Source: an uncultured Candidatus Saccharibacteria bacterium (GTDB lineage: Bacteria; Patescibacteriota; Saccharimonadia; CAILAD01; BJGX01). Taken from it: a DNA stretch of 64,000 nt. Below are positions 19,217-28,502 of the stretch, one piece after another (the stretch's first letter is position 1; each line of letters starts with the position of its first letter). Under the pieces are notes generated by a model, which was given only the letters and a program-made list of their open reading frames with translations, had not been told where the DNA came from and made no database searches. The position numbers were made by a program, and so were the translations under genes. The DNA lies in assembly GCA_964425715.1 (NCBI GenBank), contig CAYRNO010000001.1, forward strand, positions 10,645-74,644. Direction: 5' to 3'.

Positions 19217-19921
19217 GTGTGGAGCCATTTGGAGTATATTATTAATTATACTTTATTGAAAGGCTTATTTTTGGTAAAATCGACAGTACCTATGGATTTA
19301 ATAACAATCGCTTTGTATTTAGTAATAGTAGTAATAGCACTTACTATTCATGAATTTTGTCATGCTTGGGCAGGTCATATGCTAGGCGATGTTACTGCCA
19401 AACAAGAGGGTAGGCTTACTCTCAATCCAATGTCGCACATAGACCCGTTTAGCACATTGTTGTTACCTGCAGCATTGATATTTTTGGGTTCACCTGTGGT
19501 GTTTGGAGCAGCCAAGCCAGTTCCGTTCAATCCTTATGCTGTTAGATATGGTAAATGGGGAGCAGCTTTGATTGCTATAGCTGGCCCCACTAGCAATCTG
19601 TTGATGGCAACAGTCGTGGGTTTGTATCTTAGGGTATTTGATGTATCAGGTGTTGCGGGTCAGTTTTTATTGCAATTTGTGCTTATCAATCTAGCTTTTT
19701 TCGTGTTTAACATGATACCTATCCCGCCACTTGATGGATCGAGGGTGCTGTATGCTGTCTTGCCAAGTAGTCTACAGGATATCATGGATCAGATTGAGAG
19801 ATACGGTATTATCGTAATATTTGCATTCTTGTTGATATTTTATCAGTTATTTTCTCCACTTATTATAAGTGCAGTCACTTGGCTTGCCACATTGATACTT
19901 GGGCAGTCTCCAGTTTTATAA
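19217..19921 (+). CDS. site-2 protease family zinc metalloprotease (peptidase M50)
   Basis: HEFCHAW (HExxH) inside a TM helix; polytopic; the true start is probably the Met at 19292 (MDLITIALYLV...). Confidence 0.7.
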   Translation: MWSHLEYIINYTLLKGLFLVKSTVPMDLITIALYLVIVVIALTIHEFCHAWAGHMLGDVTAKQEGRLTLNPMSHIDPFSTLLLPAALIFLGSPVVFGAAKPVPFNPYAVRYGKWGAALIAIAGPTSNLLMATVVGLYLRVFDVSGVAGQFLLQFVLINLAFFVFNMIPIPPLDGSRVLYAVLPSSLQDIMDQIERYGIIVIFAFLLIFYQLFSPLIISAVTWLATLILGQSPVL

Positions 19922-20105
19922 GAATATATTATATACTTAGTAGATAGTCTGCTGCGTTCGAATTTTATAGTCTAATAACTTTTTCTGATTAATCATAACC
20001 ATAGGGAACTCTAGATTACATCTAGCGAAAGTTAGATTGTTGCGGGTACCCACCTAGCTTTTAGCGGGAACGGTTATTAAGAGACTTTACGGCGTCAGCG
20101 GACTT

Positions 20106-20648
20106 TTAAGCACTTATTTTAAACATTTTCATGTATTTCTTATCATTATCGATGTAACTAGCCATTACAAGCTTAATCTCGTATTTTAGCTGATATTGCT
20201 CACGCATTTTATTAATGAGATCTGAGGGATTATATGGATATATCCATATTCCCTTGGAGTATTGTACAAACCCAAATCGCTTTACTATGAGTAGTATTTG
20301 GTTGCGTGTAGTCTTTTTGCTATCCGGAAGGTTTATAGTAATCAAATACCATCTACCATTCCATGCTGCTGGTCGCAAATCAAACTGAAGTAAATCTGCT
20401 TTTTTGAGATGCTCTTGACCCTTGATTGTTATTTTAAATACTTTTTCGTTATCGACATTGCCGACAGATATAAATCCTTTTTTTGCAAGGAGTGTCGTGG
20501 AGTCTATGATCCTCCTTTGAGGGGTTGTAGTTTTGGAGTTATGAAAAAGCTCCAGTAGTACCTTGGAGCTGCACAGATCACTCAAGGAGATGATTTTTTT
20601 ACGAGCAATAGTTTTGAGTATTTGCGCCGTCTTATTCACATTTTTCAT
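20106..20648 (-). CDS. PaaX-like transcriptional regulator (wHTH + PaaX_C-like)
   Basis: 180 aa; N-terminal wHTH; C-terminal WNGRWYLITINLPD...GFVQYSKGIWIYP resembles the PaaX C-terminal domain. Confidence 0.4.
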   Translation of the reverse strand: MKNVNKTAQILKTIARKKIISLSDLCSSKVLLELFHNSKTTTPQRRIIDSTTLLAKKGFISVGNVDNEKVFKITIKGQEHLKKADLLQFDLRPAAWNGRWYLITINLPDSKKTTRNQILLIVKRFGFVQYSKGIWIYPYNPSDLINKMREQYQLKYEIKLVMASYIDNDKKYMKMFKISA

Positions 20649-20882
20649 TGCTGTAGTATTAACTTATTTGCACACTAAAATTACATATTTAGTATGTCAC
20701 AGCATAAGTACTATGTAAATACTTTTATCAAACTTTATTTGATATAATCATATATAAGGTGGTTTTCTTACCATTTTAGTAAATAATTTTACTTATTATT
20801 TGTTAAATTAAAAGGAGAAACTATGCGATATCTACATTATCTAGTAGTATTAGATACGAAATATTTAGCATAATTTCGACGA

Positions 20883-20958
20883 CAGGGTGTGGCGCAGTTG
20901 GTAGCGCGTACGGCTGGGGGCCGTGAGGTCGCAGGTTCAAGTCCTGTCACCCTGACCA
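20883..20958 (+). tRNA. tRNA-Pro (anticodon GGG)
   Basis: Acceptor CAGGGTG/CACCCTG, D-arm GCGC AGTTGGTA GCGC, anticodon stem TACGG/CCGTG with loop CTGGGGG, T-arm GCAGG TTCAAGT CCTGT, discriminator A, CCA; followed by a 9-bp hairpin GTTTATACC/GGTATAAAC. Confidence 0.85.
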
Positions 20959-21174
20959 GAAGTTTATACCTAATTTTTGGGTATAAACCCCTGAATAGTA
21001 TGAGCTAGACCTGTATATATTAATGATGCAAAAACCTGGTAGAATGCATGAAGTCGAAGCGCTGTCCTGTTGCCCTGAACACCGTTTAGTATCTAAGCAT
21101 TGAGTTATTTATGAATTTTTGTATGAATCATAAGCAAGTAGCCAATATAAGCATAAGTTTGTTACAATAACAGC

Positions 21175-21534
21175 ATGTTATTTATGGAATTTTTCTCTTG
21201 GTGGTATACAACGGGGTGGATTCAGTTCTCTAAGTCAACAAAGAACAGAATAATAGAAGTATGGAATATATTCTCGATTCCGATCTTACTTAGAACAATG
21301 TTTTCACCCTGGAAACGCATACAAACAAACCCTGGAAAGTCATTGCAGAGTCATATGCAGGCTTTATTGGACAATATAATATCCAGATTTGTAGGTTTTA
21401 GTATTAGGTTATTGACTATTATAGCCGGCCTATTTTGTATTGTTCTAATTAGTATAATATCTATGTTGACAGTCATAGCTTGGCCTCTAATACCTGTTGT
21501 TATCCCTATGCTAATATTCTGGGGATTATTATGA
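21175..21534 (+). CDS. small membrane protein (hypothetical), translationally coupled to the downstream AAA+ gene
   Basis: 119 aa; two hydrophobic helices; ATGA stop/start overlap with the next gene. Confidence 0.4.
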   Translation: MLFMEFFSWWYTTGWIQFSKSTKNRIIEVWNIFSIPILLRTMFSPWKRIQTNPGKSLQSHMQALLDNIISRFVGFSIRLLTIIAGLFCIVLISIISMLTVIAWPLIPVVIPMLIFWGLL

Positions 21535-23924
21535 GTACAATAACCTATAGCCAGAGTATGAGAGTGAGAAAGGCCAAGTTTGGTTTGCATTTCAAGGGCC
21601 ATGCCATAAATATTGTTTTCTTGATAGCAATAATTGCGATTATAGTAGGAGTAATTCTTGTGGTTCAACAAGTACAGATAGGGTTTACTCTTATAGGTTT
21701 CAGTTTAATTCCGGTTTGTTTTGTTGCTTGGGTTAAATGGGATCTTTCTGATATTAATGCCAAAGTGGATTTGCAACCAAACGGCAGTATTGCACTTGAC
21801 GAAGTGCTTGCAGCTGATATAGTAGGCTCTCTAAATGAGAAAATGACTCCTAGGCAAATATGGGGAGTCATCCATAATCATTGGGAAGTAAAATTTATAC
21901 TTCTCAGATATGAAATAAGTGAGAAATCCATATCAGATATAGTATCTGATAACGTAAGCGATAGTATACTAATCTGGCACACTAGTATTCAGCTAGTAGG
22001 ACAAATGCCAATAACGGAAGTTACAGCTGGAGTCATATTGACCTCTATCATCGTTAGCAATCCTAAAATCGAACCGGTGTTAGATAAATTAGCCTTAGAT
22101 ACTGAAGACATAGTTCAAGGTCTGAGATGGCAAGAGTCATTATTACGCCGAGAGATAGCACCAAAAAAAGACAATCTTTTTGGAGGAATAGGCAGGGATT
22201 GGGCTTCGGGGTTTACTCCGGTATTAGATAATTTCGGTCACAATATTAGTCTAGATATCCAAAAAGGAAATCAGGATTTCTCAGCAGTATCTAGGGGGCG
22301 AGTGCTTAATCAAATGGCCCATAGTTTGGCTAGAGAGAACAGAGGTAGTATTGCTATGGTAGGAGATACTGGGGTTGGTAAGAAACAGTTGGTGTATTCT
22401 CTTGCTGAATCAATGATAAGGGGAGAGTCTGAGGAGAATTTACGATACAAACAAATTGTACAGATAGACCCAACCATAATTACTTCTTCTGTATCAGAAT
22501 CAACTAGTCTAGAAAGTATTTTTGAGCAGATATTTTATGACTCTATAAAGGCCGGCAATATCATATTATTTTTTGATGAAGCACAGTTGTTTTTTGGTAA
22601 TGAACCAGGGACTGTAAATATCGCAAAAGTAATGCTTCCAATTTTGGAGAAGTATAATCTTAATTGTGTTTTGGCTATCAATCACCAAGAATGGCATAAG
22701 ATTACATCGACAGACCCTTCACTTACACAGATGTTTACTAAGGTTGAAATTGAACCAACAGATGAGCAACAGACAATTTCTATTCTTCAGGATTTTGCTA
22801 TTATTTTTGAGTCAAAGTATAAAAGAGCAATCACTTTCAAGGCTCTAAAAGAATCATATGATCTTGCCGAACGCTATATTCGAGATATTGCACAGCCTAA
22901 AAAATCTATTACTCTTTTGGAAGATAGCTGTAACTATCCAGACAATGGATTAATCACTGAGAATTCTGTAAGGCAAGCTACAGAGATTCTTGCCAATGTA
23001 AAAGTCGAAGAGGGTACTCAGACTGAAAAGAATCAGTTATTGAATCTAGAGGAGTTGATTCATAGGAGAATGATTAACCAATCAAGGGCGGTCAAAGTGA
23101 TATCAGATGCTCTTCGTAGATCAAGGGCGGGAGTAAGAAATGAAGCAAGACCAGTCGGGAGTTTTTTATTCCTAGGACCCACAGGAGTTGGTAAGACAGA
23201 GCTAGCAAAATCTTTAGCACAAGTATATTTTGGCGGCGAAAAAAACATAGTTAGACTAGATATGAGTGAATATCAAACTCCTGAGGATGTACATAGATTC
23301 TTATCAGCTGCAGATATTAATAATGCCGGAAGTACATTGCTCCAAGAAATATCTCAAAGACCTTTCTCTGTAGTCTTGTTTGATGAGATAGAAAAAGCAA
23401 ATCCAGATATCTTAGATCTATTATTGCAACTACTGGATGAAGGGGAATTGACCGACGAAAGCGGTAAAAAAGTATCTTTTAGGGAAGCTATTGTAATATG
23501 TACATCAAACGCGGGGGCTGACGAGATAAGGTCAAGGATTGAATCTGGCCAATCACTAGAACAGTTCGAGAAGCAGTTTATAGATAGTATCATCAATCAG
23601 CACTTATTCAAGCCAGAACTTATGAATAGGTTTGATGAAGTAGTGCTGTTTAGGCCATTGAATAAAGAAGAATTGCTCCAAGTTGCTTATCTACTTATCA
23701 AGTCAGTTAATATACAGATGGAGAAACAGAAGATATCAATCTCACTTACTGAAGCCGCCTATCAATTCCTGGTGGAGAGTGGATATGATCCTAGATTAGG
23801 TGCAAGGCCGATGCGTAGAGCAGTACAGAGATTGGTCGAAAATACATTGGCGAAAAGAATATTATCAGGGAGTGTTCAGAAGGGAGCTCAGATAACACTT
23901 GATGTAAATGACTTTCAGGGTTAA
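21531..23924 (+). CDS. Clp/Hsp100-family double-AAA+ ATPase with N-terminal membrane anchor
   Basis: About 797 aa from the Met at 21531; N-terminal TM helices instead of a Clp_N domain; D1 Walker A GDTGVGKK and Walker B ILFFDE; D2 Walker A GPTGVGKT and Walker B VVLFDEIEKA; ClpA/B-type C-terminal D2-small domain (RPLNKEELLQV...GYDPRLGARPMRRAVQ). Confidence 0.65.
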   Translation: MSTITYSQSMRVRKAKFGLHFKGHAINIVFLIAIIAIIVGVILVVQQVQIGFTLIGFSLIPVCFVAWVKWDLSDINAKVDLQPNGSIALDEVLAADIVGSLNEKMTPRQIWGVIHNHWEVKFILLRYEISEKSISDIVSDNVSDSILIWHTSIQLVGQMPITEVTAGVILTSIIVSNPKIEPVLDKLALDTEDIVQGLRWQESLLRREIAPKKDNLFGGIGRDWASGFTPVLDNFGHNISLDIQKGNQDFSAVSRGRVLNQMAHSLARENRGSIAMVGDTGVGKKQLVYSLAESMIRGESEENLRYKQIVQIDPTIITSSVSESTSLESIFEQIFYDSIKAGNIILFFDEAQLFFGNEPGTVNIAKVMLPILEKYNLNCVLAINHQEWHKITSTDPSLTQMFTKVEIEPTDEQQTISILQDFAIIFESKYKRAITFKALKESYDLAERYIRDIAQPKKSITLLEDSCNYPDNGLITENSVRQATEILANVKVEEGTQTEKNQLLNLEELIHRRMINQSRAVKVISDALRRSRAGVRNEARPVGSFLFLGPTGVGKTELAKSLAQVYFGGEKNIVRLDMSEYQTPEDVHRFLSAADINNAGSTLLQEISQRPFSVVLFDEIEKANPDILDLLLQLLDEGELTDESGKKVSFREAIVICTSNAGADEIRSRIESGQSLEQFEKQFIDSIINQHLFKPELMNRFDEVVLFRPLNKEELLQVAYLLIKSVNIQMEKQKISISLTEAAYQFLVESGYDPRLGARPMRRAVQRLVENTLAKRILSGSVQKGAQITLDVNDFQG

Positions 23925-23935
23925 AGTATCTAACT

Positions 23936-24331
23936 ATGGCAACGATATTTACAAAGATTTATAACAAAGATATACCAGGTGAAGTCATATATGACGATAA
24001 GAACGTTTTTGCTATTTTAAGTATTGAGCCTCACAATCCTGGTCATATACTTGTAATACCTCATAAAGAAATTGCTGACTGGGAGGATATACCGAGGCCT
24101 CTATGGCTTAATATCATGAAAGTCTCACAAGATCTCGCAAAAGTGCTCAAAAAGCTCTACAACCCCCCGAAAATAGCTCTGAGTATAGTTGGTTTTGAGG
24201 TACCTCATGTTCACGTACATGTATTTTCTATATTTCAAATTTCGGATATAGATCACACTAAGGCAAATAAGACCAATCTAGAAGAATTAAGTATTGAGGC
24301 TCATAAAATTCGTGAAGAACTCAATAAATAA
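23936..24331 (+). CDS. HIT-family protein (histidine triad nucleotide-binding)
   Basis: 131 aa; HVHVHVF histidine-triad motif. Confidence 0.8.
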   Translation: MATIFTKIYNKDIPGEVIYDDKNVFAILSIEPHNPGHILVIPHKEIADWEDIPRPLWLNIMKVSQDLAKVLKKLYNPPKIALSIVGFEVPHVHVHVFSIFQISDIDHTKANKTNLEELSIEAHKIREELNK

Positions 24332-24343
24332 ACAATATATCTA

Positions 24344-25129
24344 ATGAACCCAATAATACTTATAATTCTTTCAATCACACAAGCAATCACAGAATTCTTA
24401 CCAATTTCATCTTCAGCTCATTTGCTTTTGCTTCCTTGGGTTTTTAACCTTCCCAACCCTGGGTTGGCATTTGATGCGGCATTACACATAGGTACGGCCT
24501 TAGCTCTGGTAGTTTTTTTTGCAAAAGATTTTTTGCGACTTATTAAGAACAAAGATAAAATACTCCTATATATAATAGCTGCTTCTATTCCTGCTGCTTT
24601 ATTTGGGTTTCTAGGTGATAGCATTATAGAGAAATATCTTCATATCAGCTTTTATGCTCCTTTGGTTGTAGGAATAGGGATGATATTTTTTAGTTTGATT
24701 TTGTACTTTGTCGATAAGTACGCAAAACTAGAATCAGAGATCAAAGATGTGGGTTTGAAGCAAAGCTTAATAATTGGTTTTGCACAGGCTCTTGCTCTTA
24801 TTCCAGGTACATCTAGATCTGGCGTTACTATCACTGCAGGATTATGGCTGGGGTTGAAAAGAGAGGATGCAGCTAGATTTAGCTTCTTGTTGGCCACACC
24901 GATATCATTAGCAGCGGGAGTTTATAAAGCTTATGATATTATTCAAGATCCAAGTCCAAGCGTATCTACGCTGAGTCTAGTATTGGCAATCTTATTAACC
25001 TTTATTGTAGGCTTAATAGTGATTAAATGGTTATTGGGATATTTAAAGAATCATTCAATGCTAATCTTCGTAATTTATAGAATTGTAATTGGAACTGGAG
25101 TGATATTGTTATGGCTAATAAAGAGATAA
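24344..25129 (+). CDS. uppP: undecaprenyl-diphosphatase
   Basis: 261 aa; ITEFLPISSSAHL and PGTSRSG motifs of the BacA/UppP family; polytopic. Confidence 0.85.
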   Translation: MNPIILIILSITQAITEFLPISSSAHLLLLPWVFNLPNPGLAFDAALHIGTALALVVFFAKDFLRLIKNKDKILLYIIAASIPAALFGFLGDSIIEKYLHISFYAPLVVGIGMIFFSLILYFVDKYAKLESEIKDVGLKQSLIIGFAQALALIPGTSRSGVTITAGLWLGLKREDAARFSFLLATPISLAAGVYKAYDIIQDPSPSVSTLSLVLAILLTFIVGLIVIKWLLGYLKNHSMLIFVIYRIVIGTGVILLWLIKR

Positions 25130-25515
25130 AAATATTTTGTGATGGTGGTTCAAGAGGTAATCCTGGGCCTTCAGCGGCCGGTGTTGTGATAACTACTACA
25201 GACGACCGAGTATTGGCAGAATATTGTGAATATTTAGGAATTCAGACTAATAATTTTGCAGAATATAGTGCTGTACTACTAGCACTTCGTAATCTAGATG
25301 ATTATAAGGATTATAAGCTAAAATTTTATTTAGATAGTCAATTGGTAGTGCGTCAATTGAATGGTGAGTACAAAGTCAAGAATTCAAATATCAAAGGTTT
25401 GTATCAGCAAATCATAAGTATAATTAAGGACATGCAGATTAGTTTCGAACATGTTTATAGAGAAGATAATAAATTGGCTGACGCCCAAGTCAATAAATGC
25501 TTAGACGCTCAATAA
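25111..25515 (+). CDS. rnhA: ribonuclease HI
   Basis: 134 aa; DGGSRGNPGP ... FAEYSAVLLAL RNase H fold motifs; overlaps the uppP end. Confidence 0.8.
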   Translation: MANKEIKIFCDGGSRGNPGPSAAGVVITTTDDRVLAEYCEYLGIQTNNFAEYSAVLLALRNLDDYKDYKLKFYLDSQLVVRQLNGEYKVKNSNIKGLYQQIISIIKDMQISFEHVYREDNKLADAQVNKCLDAQ

Positions 25516-25552
25516 TAGACAAAAATCATTAATTGTAGTATTATATAACTGT

Positions 25553-25916
25553 AAGTTAGTGGGTAATCGACCGTCAAAGACGGTAGGAAAGTCCGAACAG
25601 TATAGAGTACAGTAGTTGCTAACGGCAACCAGAGGTAACTCTCGGGAAAGTGCCGCAGAAACAATACCGCCTATCACTATAGCGATAGGTAAGGGTGAAA
25701 AGAGTGAGGTAAGAGCTCACAGTTTTGATAGGTGACTATCAGAAGTGGTAAACCCTACTGACTGCAAGATTTTGGGCCCGTCTACTTTTGTAGCAGAGTT
25801 TCTCGCTCTGATTGGGTATATCGCATGATTCGCCATTCGGCGGACACCCGTAAGGGAAGATAGATGATTACCGATTCATCTATGATGGATTACAGAATTC
25901 GGCTTATAGCTAACTT
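25553..25916 (+). ncRNA. rnpB: RNase P RNA (bacterial type A)
   Basis: P4 strands AGGAAAGUCCGAAC and ACAGAAUUCGGCUUA; GGGUGAAAAGAGUGAGGUAAGAGCUCAC conserved region; GUGGUAAACCCUAC; P1 pairing AAGUUAG/CUAACUU; followed by an intrinsic terminator. Confidence 0.85.
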
Positions 25917-25921
25917 ATACC

Positions 25922-25952
25922 AAAATACCCCGTAAATGCGGGGTATTTTGGT
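25922..25952 (+). terminator. rho-independent terminator after rnpB
   Basis: AAAATACCCCG-TAAAT-GCGGGGTATTTTGG. Confidence 0.6.
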
Positions 25953-25971
25953 ATACTAATAGTAGCCTACT

Positions 25972-27387
25972 ATGAAAAAAAGAAGCGAGTTGTTTTTTAG
26001 AGTTCTGCTTATACCTGTTGATTATATTATGATAATCTCCGGCTTTGCTTTGGCTTATATTATTAGAAATGTGCAGGTCAAACCTCTTGCGTACTTGATA
26101 TCTGGTAGGTCGTTCTTGATAATTCTAGTTCCGTTAATTTTAGTCTGGTTAGTTATCTATGCTCTCTCTGGGCTATACGGTATAAAAGCTATTAGATCTA
26201 GGATTTCGGAGTTTAGTAGGATAGTGTCGGCATCTGCATTGGGCGTAATGGTATTGATCATACTTGATTATTACAGCCAAGAGCCATTTTTCCCCTCCAA
26301 ATCAATAGCTATATATGGATTTGTGCTAGCAGTATTTTTTGTGGTAATAGCTAGGAATGTGCTGTATTATCTACAGCAGTATTTATATAGACACAAGATA
26401 GGGGTGCATAATACATTAATCTTAGGAAAGGGGTCGTCTAGAATAAAATTCCAAAACAATCTTTATTCAGAAACTTTACTTTATAAGGTTATCGAGAACT
26501 TAGCTATAAATAATAATTTTGATTTAACTTATATAAAAAAGCTACATACTAATCATTCCTTAGATGACATTTTCATTTTAGAAGATAGAATTTCTAGAGA
26601 AAGTATCAACAAGCTAATCGGCTTTTGTCGCTCCAATCAAGTACAGCTTCATATTGTTCCGACTACTGAAGATATGTATGATACTACATTACATATGATG
26701 CGGATCAAGGATATTCCTGTACTAGAGGTGGTAACCACTCCGCTAGAAGGCTGGGGTAGAATCATTAAAAGGTTGTTGGATTTGATAATCGTAATAATTT
26801 CATTTATTTTTACTATCCCATTAATGGCTATAATCGCTATTTTGATAAAAATCACTGATCCAGGTAAGGTATTCTACCTTCATAGCAGACTAACAAGGGC
26901 CGGTAAGAAAATAAGTGTTATTAAATTCAGGACTATGAAACAAGACTATTGCACAGGCGGTAAATATTCAAATAAAACTGATCAGGAGATTATAGAGCAG
27001 TTTGGGGATCCGACATTGGTAGAGGAATTTAAAAAGACACAGAAACTAAAAAAAGATCCTAGGGTAAGTACCATTGGAAGGTTTCTACGAAAAACTAGTC
27101 TTGACGAGTTGCCTCAGCTATTTAATGTCTTGGTAGGGAGTCTGAGCTTAGTAGGGCCACGCCCCATAGTACATGATGAGCTAGAGAGATATGGAGATGA
27201 ATCGGGGTTATTTCTGCACATTAAACCTGGTCTGACTGGTCTATGGCAGGTTTCTGGTAGAAATGATGTAAGTTATGATAATAGGGTGAAGTTGGATATA
27301 TACTACATAGAGCACTGGAGTATTGGATTGGATGTTGCAATCTTACTTCGTACTATTCCAGCTGTTTTTAAAAGAACTGGATACTAA
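25972..27387 (+). CDS. undecaprenyl-phosphate sugar phosphotransferase (WbaP/CpsE-type priming glycosyltransferase)
   Basis: 471 aa; N-terminal TM helices; C-terminal bacterial sugar transferase domain (DELPQLFNVLVGSLSLVGPRP). Confidence 0.8.
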   Translation: MKKRSELFFRVLLIPVDYIMIISGFALAYIIRNVQVKPLAYLISGRSFLIILVPLILVWLVIYALSGLYGIKAIRSRISEFSRIVSASALGVMVLIILDYYSQEPFFPSKSIAIYGFVLAVFFVVIARNVLYYLQQYLYRHKIGVHNTLILGKGSSRIKFQNNLYSETLLYKVIENLAINNNFDLTYIKKLHTNHSLDDIFILEDRISRESINKLIGFCRSNQVQLHIVPTTEDMYDTTLHMMRIKDIPVLEVVTTPLEGWGRIIKRLLDLIIVIISFIFTIPLMAIIAILIKITDPGKVFYLHSRLTRAGKKISVIKFRTMKQDYCTGGKYSNKTDQEIIEQFGDPTLVEEFKKTQKLKKDPRVSTIGRFLRKTSLDELPQLFNVLVGSLSLVGPRPIVHDELERYGDESGLFLHIKPGLTGLWQVSGRNDVSYDNRVKLDIYYIEHWSIGLDVAILLRTIPAVFKRTGY

Positions 27388-28502
27388 TGCGCGTAGCTAT
27401 AGTACATGATTGGTTGACTAACTTGGGCGGTGGTGAGAGAGTGGTCGACGCCCTAAGTGATGCGTTTCCTGCTGCTCCAATATATACAAGTGTATATAGC
27501 GAGAATGGTATAACGTTATTTAAGGACAAAAAGATTGTTACCTCATTCTTGCAGCGTTGGCCTTTATCGAAAACAAAGCATCAATTATATCCAATGCTTC
27601 GAAAATATGCATTTGAGAGTTTTGATTTCTCTGATTTTGATGTAGTAATATCTTCTTCTAGCGCAGAATCGAAAGGTATTATTACGAGCACAGAAGTGCT
27701 TCATTTAAGTTATATTCATACACCTACAAGATACTATTGGAGCGGTTATAAAGACTATCTGGATTCACCCGGATTGGGACCTTTAAGCCCAATTGCAAAA
27801 TTTATCTTACCAAAAGTTATATATAAAATGCGATATTGGGACTATGCGGCTGCTCAAAGACCAGATTATTTGATAGCTAACTCTCAAACAGTTAAAGATA
27901 GAATTTTTAAATACTACCATCGAGAAAGTAAAATTATATTTCCTCCAGTTGAAATTGATAAATTTGAATTGTCTAGTAAGCAAAATGATTACTACTTGGT
28001 AGTAAGTCGACTTATTCCCTATAAGAGGGTTGATTTGGCAGTACGAGCTTGTTCAGATTTGGACAGAAGGTTGATTGTTGTAGGTAATGGTCCCGAACTA
28101 GATAAGTTGCGAAAGATTGCGTCAGGCAAAATTGATTTTATAGTAGAAGCTGACGATAAGACTGTAAGGGATTTGTATGCAAAATCTCGGGGATTTATAT
28201 TTACAGCATATGAGGATTTTGGAATTACCCCTGTTGAGTCAATGGCAGCTGGAGTACCTGTAATATCATATGGAGAAGGCGGTGGGTCAGAAAGTGTTGT
28301 GAATTATGAGACGGGACTTTTTTTCAAAGATCAGTCCGTAGAATGCTTGAAAAATGCTATATTAAAATTTGAAAAGATTAACTTTTCAAAAGAACAGATT
28401 AGAAAACATGCAGAGAAATTTTCAAGAAAAAGATTTATTGAAGAAATAAAAGATACAATTAATGAGAGATATGAAGAGAAGTACTCAGGACAAGTCAAAT
28501 AA
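27387..28502 (+). CDS. glycosyltransferase family 4 (GT-B, RfaG-like)
   Basis: 371 aa; TAYEDFGITPVESMAAGVPVI (EX7E region). Confidence 0.75.
   Translation: MRVAIVHDWLTNLGGGERVVDALSDAFPAAPIYTSVYSENGITLFKDKKIVTSFLQRWPLSKTKHQLYPMLRKYAFESFDFSDFDVVISSSSAESKGIITSTEVLHLSYIHTPTRYYWSGYKDYLDSPGLGPLSPIAKFILPKVIYKMRYWDYAAAQRPDYLIANSQTVKDRIFKYYHRESKIIFPPVEIDKFELSSKQNDYYLVVSRLIPYKRVDLAVRACSDLDRRLIVVGNGPELDKLRKIASGKIDFIVEADDKTVRDLYAKSRGFIFTAYEDFGITPVESMAAGVPVISYGEGGGSESVVNYETGLFFKDQSVECLKNAILKFEKINFSKEQIRKHAEKFSRKRFIEEIKDTINERYEEKYSGQVK

Noticed and set aside
19921-20106. Possible small ncRNA in the 185-nt gap after the M50 protease gene (GCGGGTACCCACC...GGCGTCAGCGGAC)
   Set aside because: It has only modest self-complementarity and no recognisable family signature; there is insufficient evidence.
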